A DNA stretch of 64,000 nucleotides from Candidatus Omnitrophota bacterium (GTDB taxonomy: Bacteria; Omnitrophota; Omnitrophia; Omnitrophales; JACROU01). The first letter of the stretch is position 1. Each line of letters begins with the position of its first letter. The translations under genes and the position numbers were made by a program. The notes under the pieces were generated by a model. It saw only the letters and a list, made by a program, of their open reading frames with translations, made no database searches and was not told the origin of the DNA. Below are positions 36,001-36,359 of the stretch, piece by piece. The DNA lies in contig JAJDCD010000012.1 in assembly GCA_029261035.1 (NCBI GenBank), positions 158,776 to 222,775 on the forward strand, given 5' to 3'.

Positions 36001-36230
36001 TCTTCTTCGGGTTGAGGCGCTACCATCTCTTGTAAGAAATCTTGTTGGTAACGGATATGTTCTAAATTAGCAGAGTTATTTTGAACAACTTTATTGATTG
36101 GAGTTAAAGAAAATGCGAATAGAATATCGTTCTGAGTAAATAGAAAGGTAACGAGAACCACCCAAGATATAATCTTGCGAGTGGAACGAAGAAAGGATTT
36201 CTTTTCCGATCGAGCCTTTTTTAATCTCAT
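1..36230 (-). CDS. Giant repetitive exported/surface protein, >=12,076 aa, 3' end outside the window
   Basis: ATG at 36228-36230 with AGGAGG (36241-36246) 10 nt upstream. N-terminus MRLKKARSEKKSFLRSTRKIISWVVLVTFLFTQNDILFA. The same frame reads as coherent protein everywhere I translated, down to position 3 (...GPLGFLAASLLSTGLDVVGLTGNYKT). The ORF track lists no long ORF here, which is expected only if no in-frame stop occurs before the edge. Confidence 0.95.
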   Translation of the reverse strand, partial: MRLKKARSEKKSFLRSTRKIISWVVLVTFLFTQNDILFAFSLTPINKVVQNNSANLEHIRYQQDFLQEMVAPQPEEEIQTIAAEDAAKKAEDEKAYEETRIAKEEEDKEKELGEFLTKEETLKSFTGKEVEEDYFSYVKVEKKEAPKAAVDFIEKEAVKSEDVSNQSLENFSEEKPLEFNYYMEFLESNARRTVQVQREEGKAGISISMMDLLGDLKSIKDRSVNPSSKIDPIKAEAHAQVWNIYRQHFRNSYRYPDQALPKLVQDKDGNLLIEKPEGDVVTIEEYEREAELLKRDRIERDLWADVREIERYSIEDALEMGGFDKDVAAAVILDPGAITADSLQSLLDWPMEVAITVVEGEIVLFSSGQDDEITASQSVASLIQKSSFKSHTHPSGVSSVEPSLRDFEVAGEESQFVIAYTNEGPKLFEFNQDGIISETDDLRAFIQGLQAAVKLERGSEDYNPINSRRALSNFLKEVDLENELERKREQIYAGQASPAFVTHDQTLQNLTQLAVADALENEDLIDALEVSVNDALTNQTLTQTEFDQLTGSITLLRDTYFPAPVSVLDENTGLITTTYPDGQVDIVDSITNLIEKRTLVDGTVQDYSYNATGLLTDITVTDIDGLVTVQNFDDNGVLSALELPDGTTQQFHPDGYLLNQVNPDFSVQVNNYDVSGELTSVEFTDAVGLKTTQHFDTDGDLTHIDLPDGVVQHFNKEGDVTKVVNEDGSEQRYDYNDTGVLTSITSVDVAGSETVQNISSTGQVQSIVLGDGTKQTFDASGNIALIENVDGTKQEYFYDTNNNVSQIRNTDIFNQITIQNLDAAGNITSIFLSDGTKQFLNSEGNVSRVESVDGSSQDYTYDANGDLSSITITDINNDVTIQNLNSDGSIGSMVSFDGTEQFFNGDGNLSRIVNPDGSESIYSYDAITGTLNQVEIRDVNQEITKQFLNVNGSIKRVELPDGSEQHFNESGDVSRVVNVDGTEQRYSYDGNGGLLSITSVDVDGNETIQNVSATGDVQNIELPDGTKQTFDAAGNVTLVELPDGSSQSYIYDNTSNLTQINITDESGDVTQQNLNSAGNVVSITTPDGTQQIFDEDGNITRVESVDGSKQEYFYDADSNLNQIKITDSFDSVTTQNLDADGNVTSIVLSDGIEQFFNFDGSVSRVVSPDGSVQSYSYLADGSLRTLAITDSDGSTTTQLFDGDGDLSQIFLPDGSTQFFNKDGSVDTVFGADNTEQRYSYDEQGVLSSITSIDVDGNETVQNVSATGDVQAITLADGTRQTFDEQGNVLLVELPDGTRQQYIYDDNSQLKQILLTGLEGGVTIQNLSPEGDVLSIMTPDGTKQFLNENGDVSRVEQPDGSVQEFTYDVGGALTRITITDIYNQSTVQNLDAAGNVSSVVLPDGSSQFFNALGNVSRVIAADGSEQNYVYGAGGNVSSISITDIDGDVTTQNFNALGDISRVELPDGGAQFFDLEGNVTKVTASDGSEQRYNYDDSGVLTSITIIDIDGSETIQNISASGEVQTIELPDGTKQTFDANGNVSLVELLDGSSQAYLYDANSNLTQIKITDVDGGVTEQNLDLDGNVTSVKTPEGTQQFFNDNGDVSRVELLDGSKQEYLYDASGNLSQIKITAANNDITLQNLNLSGDVTSVILPDGSGQFFDVNGNVKRVLNSDGSEQNYQYSSDGILNSVAITDVDGGVVTQYLDIDGDVTRIELGDGSTQHFNKDGNISRVVGADGGEQRYSYDDNGVLSSISIVDVDGNETIQNVSATGEVQTITLPDGTRQTFDGSGNVTLVELPDGTDQAYLYDSNSNLAQIRITDANGDITEQNLDVDGNVTSVVTSDGTQQFFNADGDVTRVELPDGSEQEYFYDNAKNLTQIKITDPNNAVTTQNLNVTGGVTSVALPDGTQQFFNALGDVSRVVNADGSEQSFQYAPGGSLSSVAITDVDGLVTTQHLDSDGDLTHIELPDGSSQYMNKDGTLSQVVAADGATQSYAYSDQGVLTEITTVDADGNETVQSMSGTGQVQIIELPDGTIQVFDENGNVSLVELPDGTEQHFNTDGNISKVVNPDGSRQEYTYGYDQDGVASANKATIRVFSAPTAIVSYPEIELQADGTIKIINPNGTETLIDPTLNDQVVGAPVGDVELPDGYVAPASNDEAVNRLLASFRANNGEADNYVDFLKGQFADINATFSDAQGNPHTITYRQVGEHFDLMVTDGNQAAFNQVPSEVMIQAHDEYIKRYRNFMGIAVPEDSAEEVALRASLEEGAGPAIVGVSPDDINQTFFQNNLGTTEFDNYEAFLTNPAYRHIGGVVVDGAEVSYQDVADQINVIRSDLQQGNPVNISEGMKQAVSQYFNRFKAYFSSYYGDDYGDASGILEQVQTLDLGADGELGGEGVDADQTLFVQTADGTKQEYDYDDEGNLSQIKITSPDNQITYQNVDVDGNATSVELADGTKQFFNANGNVSRVEQTDGTIQDYIYNDLGVLTFVNITTPEGETTKQEMNSNGDVVSIELPDGTKQYFDFEGKVTGVDNLDGSSQEYIYDENAILAAIKLIDADGNETLQRMSEAGEVQTVELPDGTKQTFNEDGAISRVENPDTSKQEYIYQESVLTQIRITDENNILTIQNMNENGEVSSIELADGTKQFFNENSDISRVEQNDGTIQDFIYSDEEKLIQIQVTDPSGNITIQNMGENGEISSVELDDGTKQFFNANGDVSQVDQTDGSTQIFVYDEAQELTQIRITNSQGELTIQNMGANGEVSSVELADGTIQSFNSNGDVSQVVQPDGTTQDFVYNQADQLSQINVTDPEGDVTAQKFDSEGKISEVVTPDGTRQLFNENEDVQQVISPDGTIQDYEYDSENRASKITTRIGDLPDDIQQITSYQYEGEGDDAKTIVTSENPQTGVVSTQTLDSNDQLIRNEVLADGELSVFNENEELVEFTNKNGEKSLYEDGYIKQIIDKNGDVIQTFDLVRDPETNAIIDFTQVDYTPQNTNSQIIDGMSRDVFHNGTISYYKKDGALDFFTNSHAVIQSVQEDEDGNTLIFLNDGRKINYKKNPVTDEDVIDKITNLRGEVDVYLYNDQGELEAISKQTNSTDGPIRVIEKTVYLKDAEGNVVTDGEGNAKVDYVVSRTGSVNRSVYDPESPDKVLKTVREKSLEDNTKISESFFNEEGQVDTSVSYDEIGQEIISRSEYLYNEDGEMTGIQNFDVSDVENAADAVQKGTGAFQNTLYYKKLDNFNVPVIDYTQDGVGNKTTYEYDAAGYILKTVTTNALRNIVSEAIYEKGLFRDERIKAVINYEVDLDSPGASETKPGSMSVYEYNEDGDNTGLKQYRVNNEVDALDNLVDDVLVSDIQYLPGTTLIDYTVQYDDAGIATGRTDFFYDQGVLKKIVRRNSGDLDGAILFESFYEGDEPGKERTLYNIEYRVDENDPTLSVPDNRTDYAYDVTGALQEISRRSGPNETDPVLQKTKFKGAAGSEIASDVLNYRINEAGEAELSLWQHMEHDDKDRIKKIQYRNSEDPTAPIIQEARLEGDRGEELTTEMITFGIDPQTNQSSFSTHQKFVYDSNGKLLKTEIRDKDDLNEHPIAINLMEGEQGQERIYRALNYFKKEDGAYALASRQDYIYGDGGAISETQIRLQDSDSAAIKSASTYEGEPGRERVVETTEYDISQPGKVLSRSTFEYDENEALKQVNQFKEDTDVLLSTVKYEGTERGRERMSQVVTYEEDGDDADTDPDVSSTSDYTYAANGALTTVTQTEDGRSSVSTYEGDPGSERVSEISFYNGDGSLDKKSTYFYDENTGILDRVEDDDGTINYYRRDQFGQDLIDRTIDPTGKVTPYIYDTSSGESVLQVVGTEETTRTRYKQINVDGNQVSVIDTTEEPILFAEDGTPTAYRTNTFLYNSAGENVAILSSDGSLTINETVKDDDSKLLETIVTRTEANAEGYVLEQDADGFVIAVNPGTADIQEIRTLDAFGDVKSIVDRFGGETTFAYERDNGRITKSIATDKNGNITEKTLDIFGDPIKIVVQSAQGWTQETNISYDRDPVTSQILKSTKVDPNGNTTIEKFDINNNITERVFRSVEGWEAKSTFEYEFDENRNMIERRETDKNGNIKTEKFNGRQELVELTIQNIDQGWEDTTTYEYEHDELGNVSKTTETDKNGDKTIKEFDDAGDVVKVTFKNLSEGWEAITTTSYERDEIGNITKTTETDKNGNQTIKDFNVAGDITSSTFKNNEEGWEATTEFVYERDGVGNLVKITETDKNGNETIKQNNIHGDLIRLTFKNKDQGWEASTEFVYGKDDKGNVNLVTETDKNGNITQKAQSKYGDIQSLTVQNVEQGWSATTLFEYQKDDKGNIEKTIETDKNNNVTEKEMSKYGDVLSQTFKNLEEGWESTSRMLYEKDGKGNNKKITRFDRNNEKTEEHYNTSGDLITQVDNFGGVSVLDYTKDAKGNVLVTSTIDKNGNKTHRKTNVHGDTTALIDQYGGVTNITNEKDGKGNLSKQISTDKNGNETSQSFNIHGDVTGFSNKFGGLTSMIHEKDGKGNISKTIETDPNGLVTRKEFNLLRDLISLTNPLGGKTDFQYLRDGVGNVKFITEKDGRGLLVSKEMDVITGQIKKKIDEFGGITEYSYVLDSVGNTTHIIEVDPKSFIKTQVFDPKENDLIRIETYNPYSKTNVVANMSYNKDSLGNILSRITDDDQGNNTVSTMDLTSGDVTKNVVKNSSGVIISSTTSETIRNAEGTMEKVIETDDLTGNKTTRIYASNGDMTETISTPADGSYEKRIKMEYTREDGVLTQLIETDSNDRRTIKKFNKEGDMIEKRDPFGGVSTYSYVKRSNNQTEQITEVNKNGTVLLTQFNEDNDVTLSATISALTGEIQANRMSYDKRADGSVMKSYQSTISPADIQLALGGAIEQNDFNQSKAALQNLQILNDSAVNALERMRKSGLSTAEQIQEAENLVLSLQTQLADNESLMQAVRVSSFASLEQLNEVVQSLNDRAVAIASDLTQQIQDQDGLRASISLERIQSIQEGLDLAILGLESLGGTQEDLGDAATIKNAINGIVASLEDGVNNLSREVTSDVSLNILTEITGQINVLRTSSIEALTEGDLYIANQNIDSINALIQSAVSLKDDVIFDVNATEEQIQQAKSVVANLNDVSAALNVNLSDLSNRKTFKAVSEAGSSTGFGLKINSEELNVAFMANLMTESPEEFAAYQSFLDRNSTLLQTVKDTDGADVSLNYGEIRGQLSDISSGAKTSFSVEEAKAHANVINFYQKYFSADTDENLATLAIDQGVITVTRSNGKVMVFDSNQNDRILSETTIAGDEKTYNALGKLEREVKVSGEEVNYLYDDLGKLDMVTERNLDGDVTIQRFNVEGFLVVVDNPDGSKEFYNQSKNLEKIEFVDGTRKNYSYSDKGLLQKIKLTDAVGNETVQNYDPRGLISTVELPDGSVQFFGENQQIQSVNKANGNRVDYQYDENSVLSKIVVTEAGGTVTERVVGDDGNSFVVQLEDGTEQTYDLSGRIQLVVNGDGTQQEYSYSILGLLQTIEITDGEGKVTTQTLDQNRKVVSIEEPNGDMKYFNSEGRLYRIEHTDGSSKELGYSNEVLSSIKLIDEDGTEVIQAISPEGKIISETSSDGIVSYFNDDNLVSSVVYPDGSNHTYLYDENNNLITIEARDSNDALTVHTMAENGNIQQSVLPDGAVHDYNELGQLAKVTQVDGTVIDYSYWGATLREISLTAVNGEKTTQSFGYDGTLNRIDFPDGRIHYYYNENITRIDNVDGSSRQFKYDTDNNLIEVEITDNNYQTTTQAIDPDTNTLTVSLPNGSTEVYDASGKLLSINLSDGSSQNYIYDVSGNISSIQKTDKDGNVSQQSFDVQDTSTTVNLEDGSQQTYDVSGNVTKIEFLDGSMEEYSYDVENKLSEVRLTSVDNQVTIQQINSKGEVTAIQNPDGSRQAFGDDGSSQSYDVNDRLVSEVAIIDGKITLKDYVYDSNGTLTDTIVNDSNLGFSTEGITDVDSLKRMGELLLDPQMRQIVLDASAAGISGSLIAAALSLESENSSFVFQDTINSLISKLDAQEFSKDTLDQLVSNQVELKVILLFDTDSELQQLMDVLKSNDVSIDTSRVGNLNNIVSNAYETLDDSGLTKVKDALMNLLIMVDYVDPQNLEAIPEEDRYRLGVSEDYYSGGLTLNTYTYYNNRKTVFNSFKSFMNKFSGSEGEVLLSAGTLAGFGVTPKRIQGEYGYYGNVVLPGMDSKDQMSGFAQALEEASEADRTLMVEIVNNQLKSVEHITVMSSADWKEVLEKALVIKNNNLSVPINTTLESIRKTYDLVMDPATKPLVDSLAAEGIAGSVIGATSELEGRFPEFTAESTLNLIQDLIQQGNLSVTTINRMAAFGLDITTLMLFDSEAEFEKIFDGILRYGVTTNTIVVDMMNDMINGFIEYKGAASWESEKGRVKTFLMETLLDYDYLDITDTTTWGALTSEQRVKFGIIGDGTETSPYMYNTNDYYKNRQSVFYRMNDVISSASPNQGRALDILSSLYEQGVGGDYMLGGIAQGTLLYNGVYSINILDGFKQAMDQLGGNSAQGVAAINSGIAGFINFTNGFEEAEVYKGLVLNAVNIINSGISVNGARSIEDLERLNVMTQDPETLALMANLSSSNVSPAVLAMAKESEENFPGMLAKDVLTDLQTRIQSGAYDASLINHMTQMGLSLTSILMFDTEEEINQLADVLGRSGYYTAVEGTRASSLSALIDGFISHVGGANWKNEMSDAKDMLKTLMLSNGYVVPTQYVDSNSALQYDFDGVNESTYRNNRQTVFNNVINGFNSFQGTDKGIALQAMAALYKAGVNSTTLLGEYNQYGYVVTRGIQNKDQLTAYQELIEEAADPTTLIQVMENNVTPIVGTYPRIYSVEGWKETINKIVDLVNLNTSLDAITSTSILDTMHSLLTNPDTQNLVQAVTDAGMDSSVLILAGDTQGRHPEMVLADVLNELISRVNQGAMTADSITQLVSNGVSLQTILTFDLTEDLTKLFDALSNDGSDIDRYRKDKMNALIDSYLDHSGAANWQNIPGNVKNALRSVLLDNGYIPVDQLTAETNYYGSFSHYSYGTQGEEGYIENYFTHRKNIANRFFLLTSSTLRYDQGEGLELMAQLNDLGIDLDKVIGGLDQYGRTLGDGLKSTVQMQAYIQALNNAGDNLEAVITVIENNISTIVGRYPSQRTVEDWLSVVNDAAGLVAQNFSLDAITSTDQLSAMNALLSDPNLKTVTENALNAGISMAMVAGIGGTEGIDKAAVLTDLMTKLQNGDLTSDILDQANTAGLSAQVMMVFGSDLELNKIMDVIKNTNGSFDRYRKDKFNTIVSGFMEGNAGEGLDAAIAGFKNLLENSLFEGFIDPSLLTANTNYYGSVYNYTYGQSGDPDYTDDYYGDRKEKADLFLNYFSNNFRNEEGDAVNVLSQFVAEGVDIQFLFGTLDRYGRSSGDDVGAVEQMASYLKAIQAAGENKDKVVTALKDNMFNIVGRYPDPSTEEEWDAVVSKVVDLAVQDVDLSSISSIDALNSMHALISDPVMKEKVDNLAALGISASFVSAAQSMAQMHSSLDLESTLNLISDKVQNNIISAESINQLVSAGVSLLAVMIFDQTLELEQLYDVLLDESGALEDSRVVDLNEMLNSYLEHVGGELSEATDLFKAAFNSQLLSLNYIPKGQLTAKTNYYGSVYQYDYEDPTDSSNNIYNYYEQRGNTFKQIAGILDSLRYDKGEGVAIAIELLSAGVSKDQIFGTPGYYGNSGGIQNITQARGLLKAVSEAGNQKSQIVSIINNNLSSIIGPYPNMNTPEEWAEVIQTAANLQFLNIGSPTQWGKHIADSTSAVNLSVLDVEGGQSAESILADFQAIGAPSVISPLGLGGPSGVLDVSDFSSAPVVQLFDIPEIPESSLLPPEISEPDGILDDQPNVRAPPEDSPEAKGDFLFKGLGDEVAQQALSAGFVGLANVAASTIIREFGSDGELVSVEDDQGKAEVEQVFDSYGNLIKQIDHLEDNTITKEFDPITNNLLVFEDDNNRIEYQNITDAVGNVIGKIARTVKSDRPELVGTMNAQEFDVEGKLTKNIDGRGIVTSWTYGIDDEGKAFKRSEITEDPFFPEDRTTLGTVTIFNSDTTIKEVNRPDGSVMKYTYEREDDDPKGKILKTIVDGTAVQVNPVTQQEETLESHIEYDEKGDMTLSIANGVTHEFEYFREEGLLVKMIDNSSGGPNGASRTVNHYDDAGDLVKSEVYDGAALQVLQNQEAVPSEAPTEGTQIGSIIALPKVYEYKYEKDDRGNITLKTAYFDGNEVYYDGAGNQLGFQPSVGSVTTARLKNGWTLQYIKDTNSPANAPPPQEGDEITDFRVAGTANLAQDELFYQNGETMTPNGKIVWTNPSGIKGEIWYLEDQFDEDGQPVISARKVLKQIAIMSDGTFEDIIDERGDGSLLDDIDPRNANFRDPSSVILDGELPYQTFSLTSAQHQADVAITSAEVAEEAAAEARASAVKANSELSALSQPTQDMLKRVQELEAFAVKKEAEAVELRNDAAALQATANQKDTESNYDPTMSQIHKLFAAYQVGAAGPTAEIYKFIPPHLKNFTGLTDQMAENARYLSQDPPPKLVMPVQAKNAFVKAITNRIREHATMEKLYKETSKVVTAHENFRKDEGRLFVAINSFQDKDVFAENLATNLKSAEKYYDDVRNYLEGNNRDDLARAQQAMTAAKAALSGRQGAALREVIRAKEIALKNARDQLKVAEGDAVAAAELAVKAAEFDLTNAKKDLKALEGTAGAEPGQAAEFAEDISDKSWNDISFEEVDAGMMVLRKLDIRGLAAKKFLAEHDYNVAKQIVEQRQALYDQASDRDDSSPLLRDLEHAKDMLKVKERILVQRKRTVELFENLKKHTTDLKELYQPHNIENFYEDAIALDDPDFLDPALEGTDGHFVKDYRANKAKVETAINSFETTLTGHHNTHRAAYIALYDYALGQLNAYASKERTSYRWNSEVEAYQPHERTRYKPGGKSVSQWVSEFEASMYDGETDTEKRNNIKAANYTQMVSMAQSAMNFIIGESRPTPPSGRNIKWVETGQSISARAAKEAIADKVKADSKTADLDLAQNVLNLQTTTQAQLDTASDEMIDAYMEKVEALIDNTTDRLNRVKDEMMGTGTGEADNFKVSRDSRWADLKAAASDMVDSKEYDGISNRFDDIMDVWNDAKADADDSLARYKSHFENYQLFSDKEYHTARDPVILKMEQAIIDYEKDKKSAADNYNAARIQLDLDLDPKRQVYFEAKTEIEKNFSVQRATQEKALEGALLTLEDTLESKLSQYYSALQGVVQTFVSAAGSQSPISQADFDARMQSDDRRSFLDHYVEILSEQAGSLGVDLLLGDDRSSDSNATFSQYETTLQDFLTAANTSQTTHQPKQAIEDYEIQRAQAEADSKETIATLDKDMMDQLVAVETTWEKELVAYQEKVAEAVHLREIALADAEQKWNVDSAQFADVMNMTSIDYRNRTEENLRAWLKDQRGDYFHSGGMIQISPPTLVLYAGVAGSGFVAPTYPNQDRWDGESRSFTGGLGITTGMNPMVLDDYLQNAAEMDMRSNDFMEQITKNVVKTQEFFDRELFNDSDRYAQFLSLERDSLESFLQEVDSPFYTQSVSQYGSGSITDTGSTLRGTQLFGSTFSGFPFDTPTSSGTTTTGADEREQMRELYNDYVEERLGKKVRNEDGTYSYTPSKTKDYFDAFDAAISFEHDGDKFFLFDPKQEPPLSVNETVERWMAPYTPNKRSALDFSKFFRGLHERGDQVGMLNEKKLLAADELSAAFWENGFGENEGGPVAQYKRRYALADMSEIRGLLSQEERDVLDELGADDTFNESRWVNDAVTARYDAIRESDQAFNRALQDYDYQIEASMKDYYEVMGGDPDVQKEIQDFREEFPNRELSLELQNKLKGTARVALEQEEQKTRRGWDNAQQEYTDGIFEAKTAYDEALRVALNQFLEDQDEATFLASINSEKSIYEAAVSQFQQDYASTMNGITTAWKTAQRAFADATDAAIAKVKQEQEDAKTALEDMFKEEKEKREGIEETFVAQLDAIRNAKQEIDKKAQDEFREAYTTFVDETEAAYQEAFQKSRDAFEQIHEALVGSSGMDGALGKISDAADTYKDWIKQQKSTIEPQMKTLAESILAKNRTSDDPIKYAGYYYGRSLYSMSGGYTPELDMTSMGGVFKSAEEKYDEYKENRYQDGPTPPLKIYEKERIMTGEPPRYSQYYGDRRNEDGTYTETTKDTTLSFPTTKDILDTDGRGGGSFSRMMNLVNKIEEGIGGIDFQTDEGFMGADRGIKVERDKFNHEYFDFSEFQEGVVDTVINDNHYNEIKAKLFDAWGENEAEAELQRIMNDPNSTQEQIDDAVRQRDDAVGQTDVLIIKKKYVDDAMDKYVNEEIDKLIDADRNALIKASRKHLREVVPNITDVDLNELSALDINIRFVARVEAKKSWYEMSAYERADLIAEVVEEDLKQEGNEILNRSYEKDGFTYEQDKYERNKVLEYIKKWPSPIKVDEFKKDVKTYQMAHLWEDMFKQDFKLVQDETVIYRFGDWDPLQILPSRVRFHSDVQTEEILTGEKLNNIPFQKSKASDLDTAKLATLMKKIYEDTTIYTAYRSKWKVGQRSTYDRDTQTRTEAYEVERINGARLNNGVVDRFKDMKETLETTLKKMFERELDNDFVSRRVIKEVKSYTHKAPAQCGSPDHMDHHNHGADLGNDGSALTRLIEAEQRRLKGSMDYEGGAFQNTSSGGNYDVMFEEVNNYITKMVEASKKYEEATAGNKPPSDDFFDRAKEAHNILADDGTRTSFKSWWDMQNGRASKIVKTNGTTVNSLYDMDSGNKLAEETSSARRVVEVHNIGGKQVKEIKTVRETQLREAVGKEKDGQRELVLRRTSTTQGGGLGQTSEFQYDAEGKKSGTITVTKDGGEVHLDSAGKVIYTQQLVQKVEQRRSKVDGVLRNITTDAGTTFWRGRMVEGLVVDEVNGWRNEISNGYKINTTLREVKNEAAGLVYSAGLKMVNDLITNGEVVNEKKGIRQIYNTIDGVTEQTMKLLDGVDKAEIRDGVFLERGENGKTPVFRNGVLIEGKLVDKNTGIVTTATKRVSNETGELTTVRTTTYTKYFKIEGADGTVTQLLENTTLVGGKLISGKMIKTNEAIGFVQVTEAGANGEVTDTLTITKDNAQIGNMIYKDGTIVTNGQLTTGESYNSKTGLRTSKEVVEGGATKTTYSANLGTIELGGITLDGGAVVEFNVVDGKTTMNHVDGGIWQGEGSTRMYVMKYEGSDGARHTEQTFLGDGIELGGVPLKNEDGTPKLDADGNPILSPKFKMAVGSVMRDGRLISGAMTSDKVEISAVDSKTLRHRALSNDYKLGGSLTLEQGAVFEIKTVIGEDGNETSETELISGAMVQTDNAGNQMRTVVGEIQMGSVFGITLTVPGSKTKTQTVLSDNFITGYEGKDGVKLRATQDENGNTVYKTLDDEGNETGTYTGDVFTTTLTKGSTITTSTLGGIVIQNNQFVGSTINNRTHLKTSVDAAGTNTFIPLRAGARLETKDSEGKQVVYTFSSVDTRMVGSIVTQGEVLIGSDVVNTAGVRTFVATTRLVAEKVQVELGDQSDPSKVKSTVQGSVIYNKDSDGEWQRQGVNLFLDGSDKPTFVPAKSGDTIFFVGQGEGLGSGQSYRQLFSDYANPESGESNQTGSRFRDRAFEDIKDSVGIRSRGSDGSVNTTFYKPDDDGKMQVVGRVGFAVDGSVSLTTNSVDDLGNKIVIRQNFTAVKYNEDGEVDPNGTDSAIEKTSVTVMNEFDQQIGGWSSDKFGQRTIIQATEEVTRDHKGNVVPPLQAFKHNGEVVRYPAKTTDSEGNQQDHPKAGQIVHTQADALDVIRSNPQNANATGDDLTETSYRERRAVLGYTEVENNWFNGSVAPALGAIFVSSEDKKDYFQQQQMAQIPFNTKGQLPPAPGSAPVESTPISGWTTWNVQHQEGKNIIQSRGGFLNAAYEVTQAVTTASILALGTLTGPLGFLAASLLSTGLDVVGLTGNYKT
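12720..18240 (-). repeat. Six tandem ~305-aa alpha-helical repeats inside the giant protein
   Basis: Anchor motif (LLLDP/VMDP/TQDP/LTNP/LSDP/ISDP) at about 18163, 17248, 16309, 15403, 14476 and 13564, with spacings of 906-939 nt. Shared motifs include ILxFD, TNYYGS, NRxxVF and IVGxYP...W. Confidence 0.85.
18250..20350 (-). repeat. Degenerate 63-aa-type YD/RHS-like beta-hairpin array (third block)
   Basis: Recurring xDGS/TxxxYxYD and TxQxLD motifs of the same style as the 29960-34500 array, but more diverged. Confidence 0.7.
22300..24300 (-). repeat. 51-aa (GW-containing) and 46-aa beta-hairpin repeats inside the giant protein
   Basis: GW codons recur every 153 nt (about 24134, 23981, 23828, 23675, 23522, 23369, 23216, 23063), with unit consensus ETDKNGNxTxK...GD...F.N.E.GWE.TTxF.Y.KDxxGN. 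GG-containing units then recur every 138-141 nt (about 22921, 22783, 22645, 22507, 22366). Confidence 0.85.
24800..26900 (-). repeat. ~57-63-aa YEGxxGxER repeats inside the giant protein
   Basis: YEGDPGSERV, YEGTERGRENV, YEGEPGRERV, DGEQGQERI, LEGDRGEEL, FKGAAGSEI and YEGDEPGKERT at 170-190 nt spacing. Confidence 0.75.
27560..34500 (-). repeat. 63-aa YD/RHS-like beta-hairpin repeats organised as 252-aa super-repeats, interrupted at ~29030-29960
   Basis: Example unit TQQFFNADGDVTRVELPDG-SEQEYFYDNAKNLTQIKITDPNN-AVTTQNLNVTGGVTSVALPDG (189 nt). The DVDGNET subunit variant recurs at 33970, 33211, 32455, 31699, 30943 and 30187 (759 then 756 nt spacing). Confidence 0.92.
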
Positions 36231-36301
36231 GTTCAAAGGACCTCCTAGTTGCCTAACTAGTTCCCAGAACAAGAGAAAAAGGAATATTTGTTTACACTAT
36301 A

Positions 36302-36330
36302 ACTATACCTAGTGTTTCCTATTGTGTCAA
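36302..36330 (-). promoter_or_regulatory. Sigma70-type promoter of the giant gene
   Basis: Minus strand reads TTGACA-N17-TATAGT, about 70 nt upstream of the ATG. Confidence 0.8.
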
Positions 36331-36359
36331 AACACCCAATTTAAGGGGGCATTTATGTA

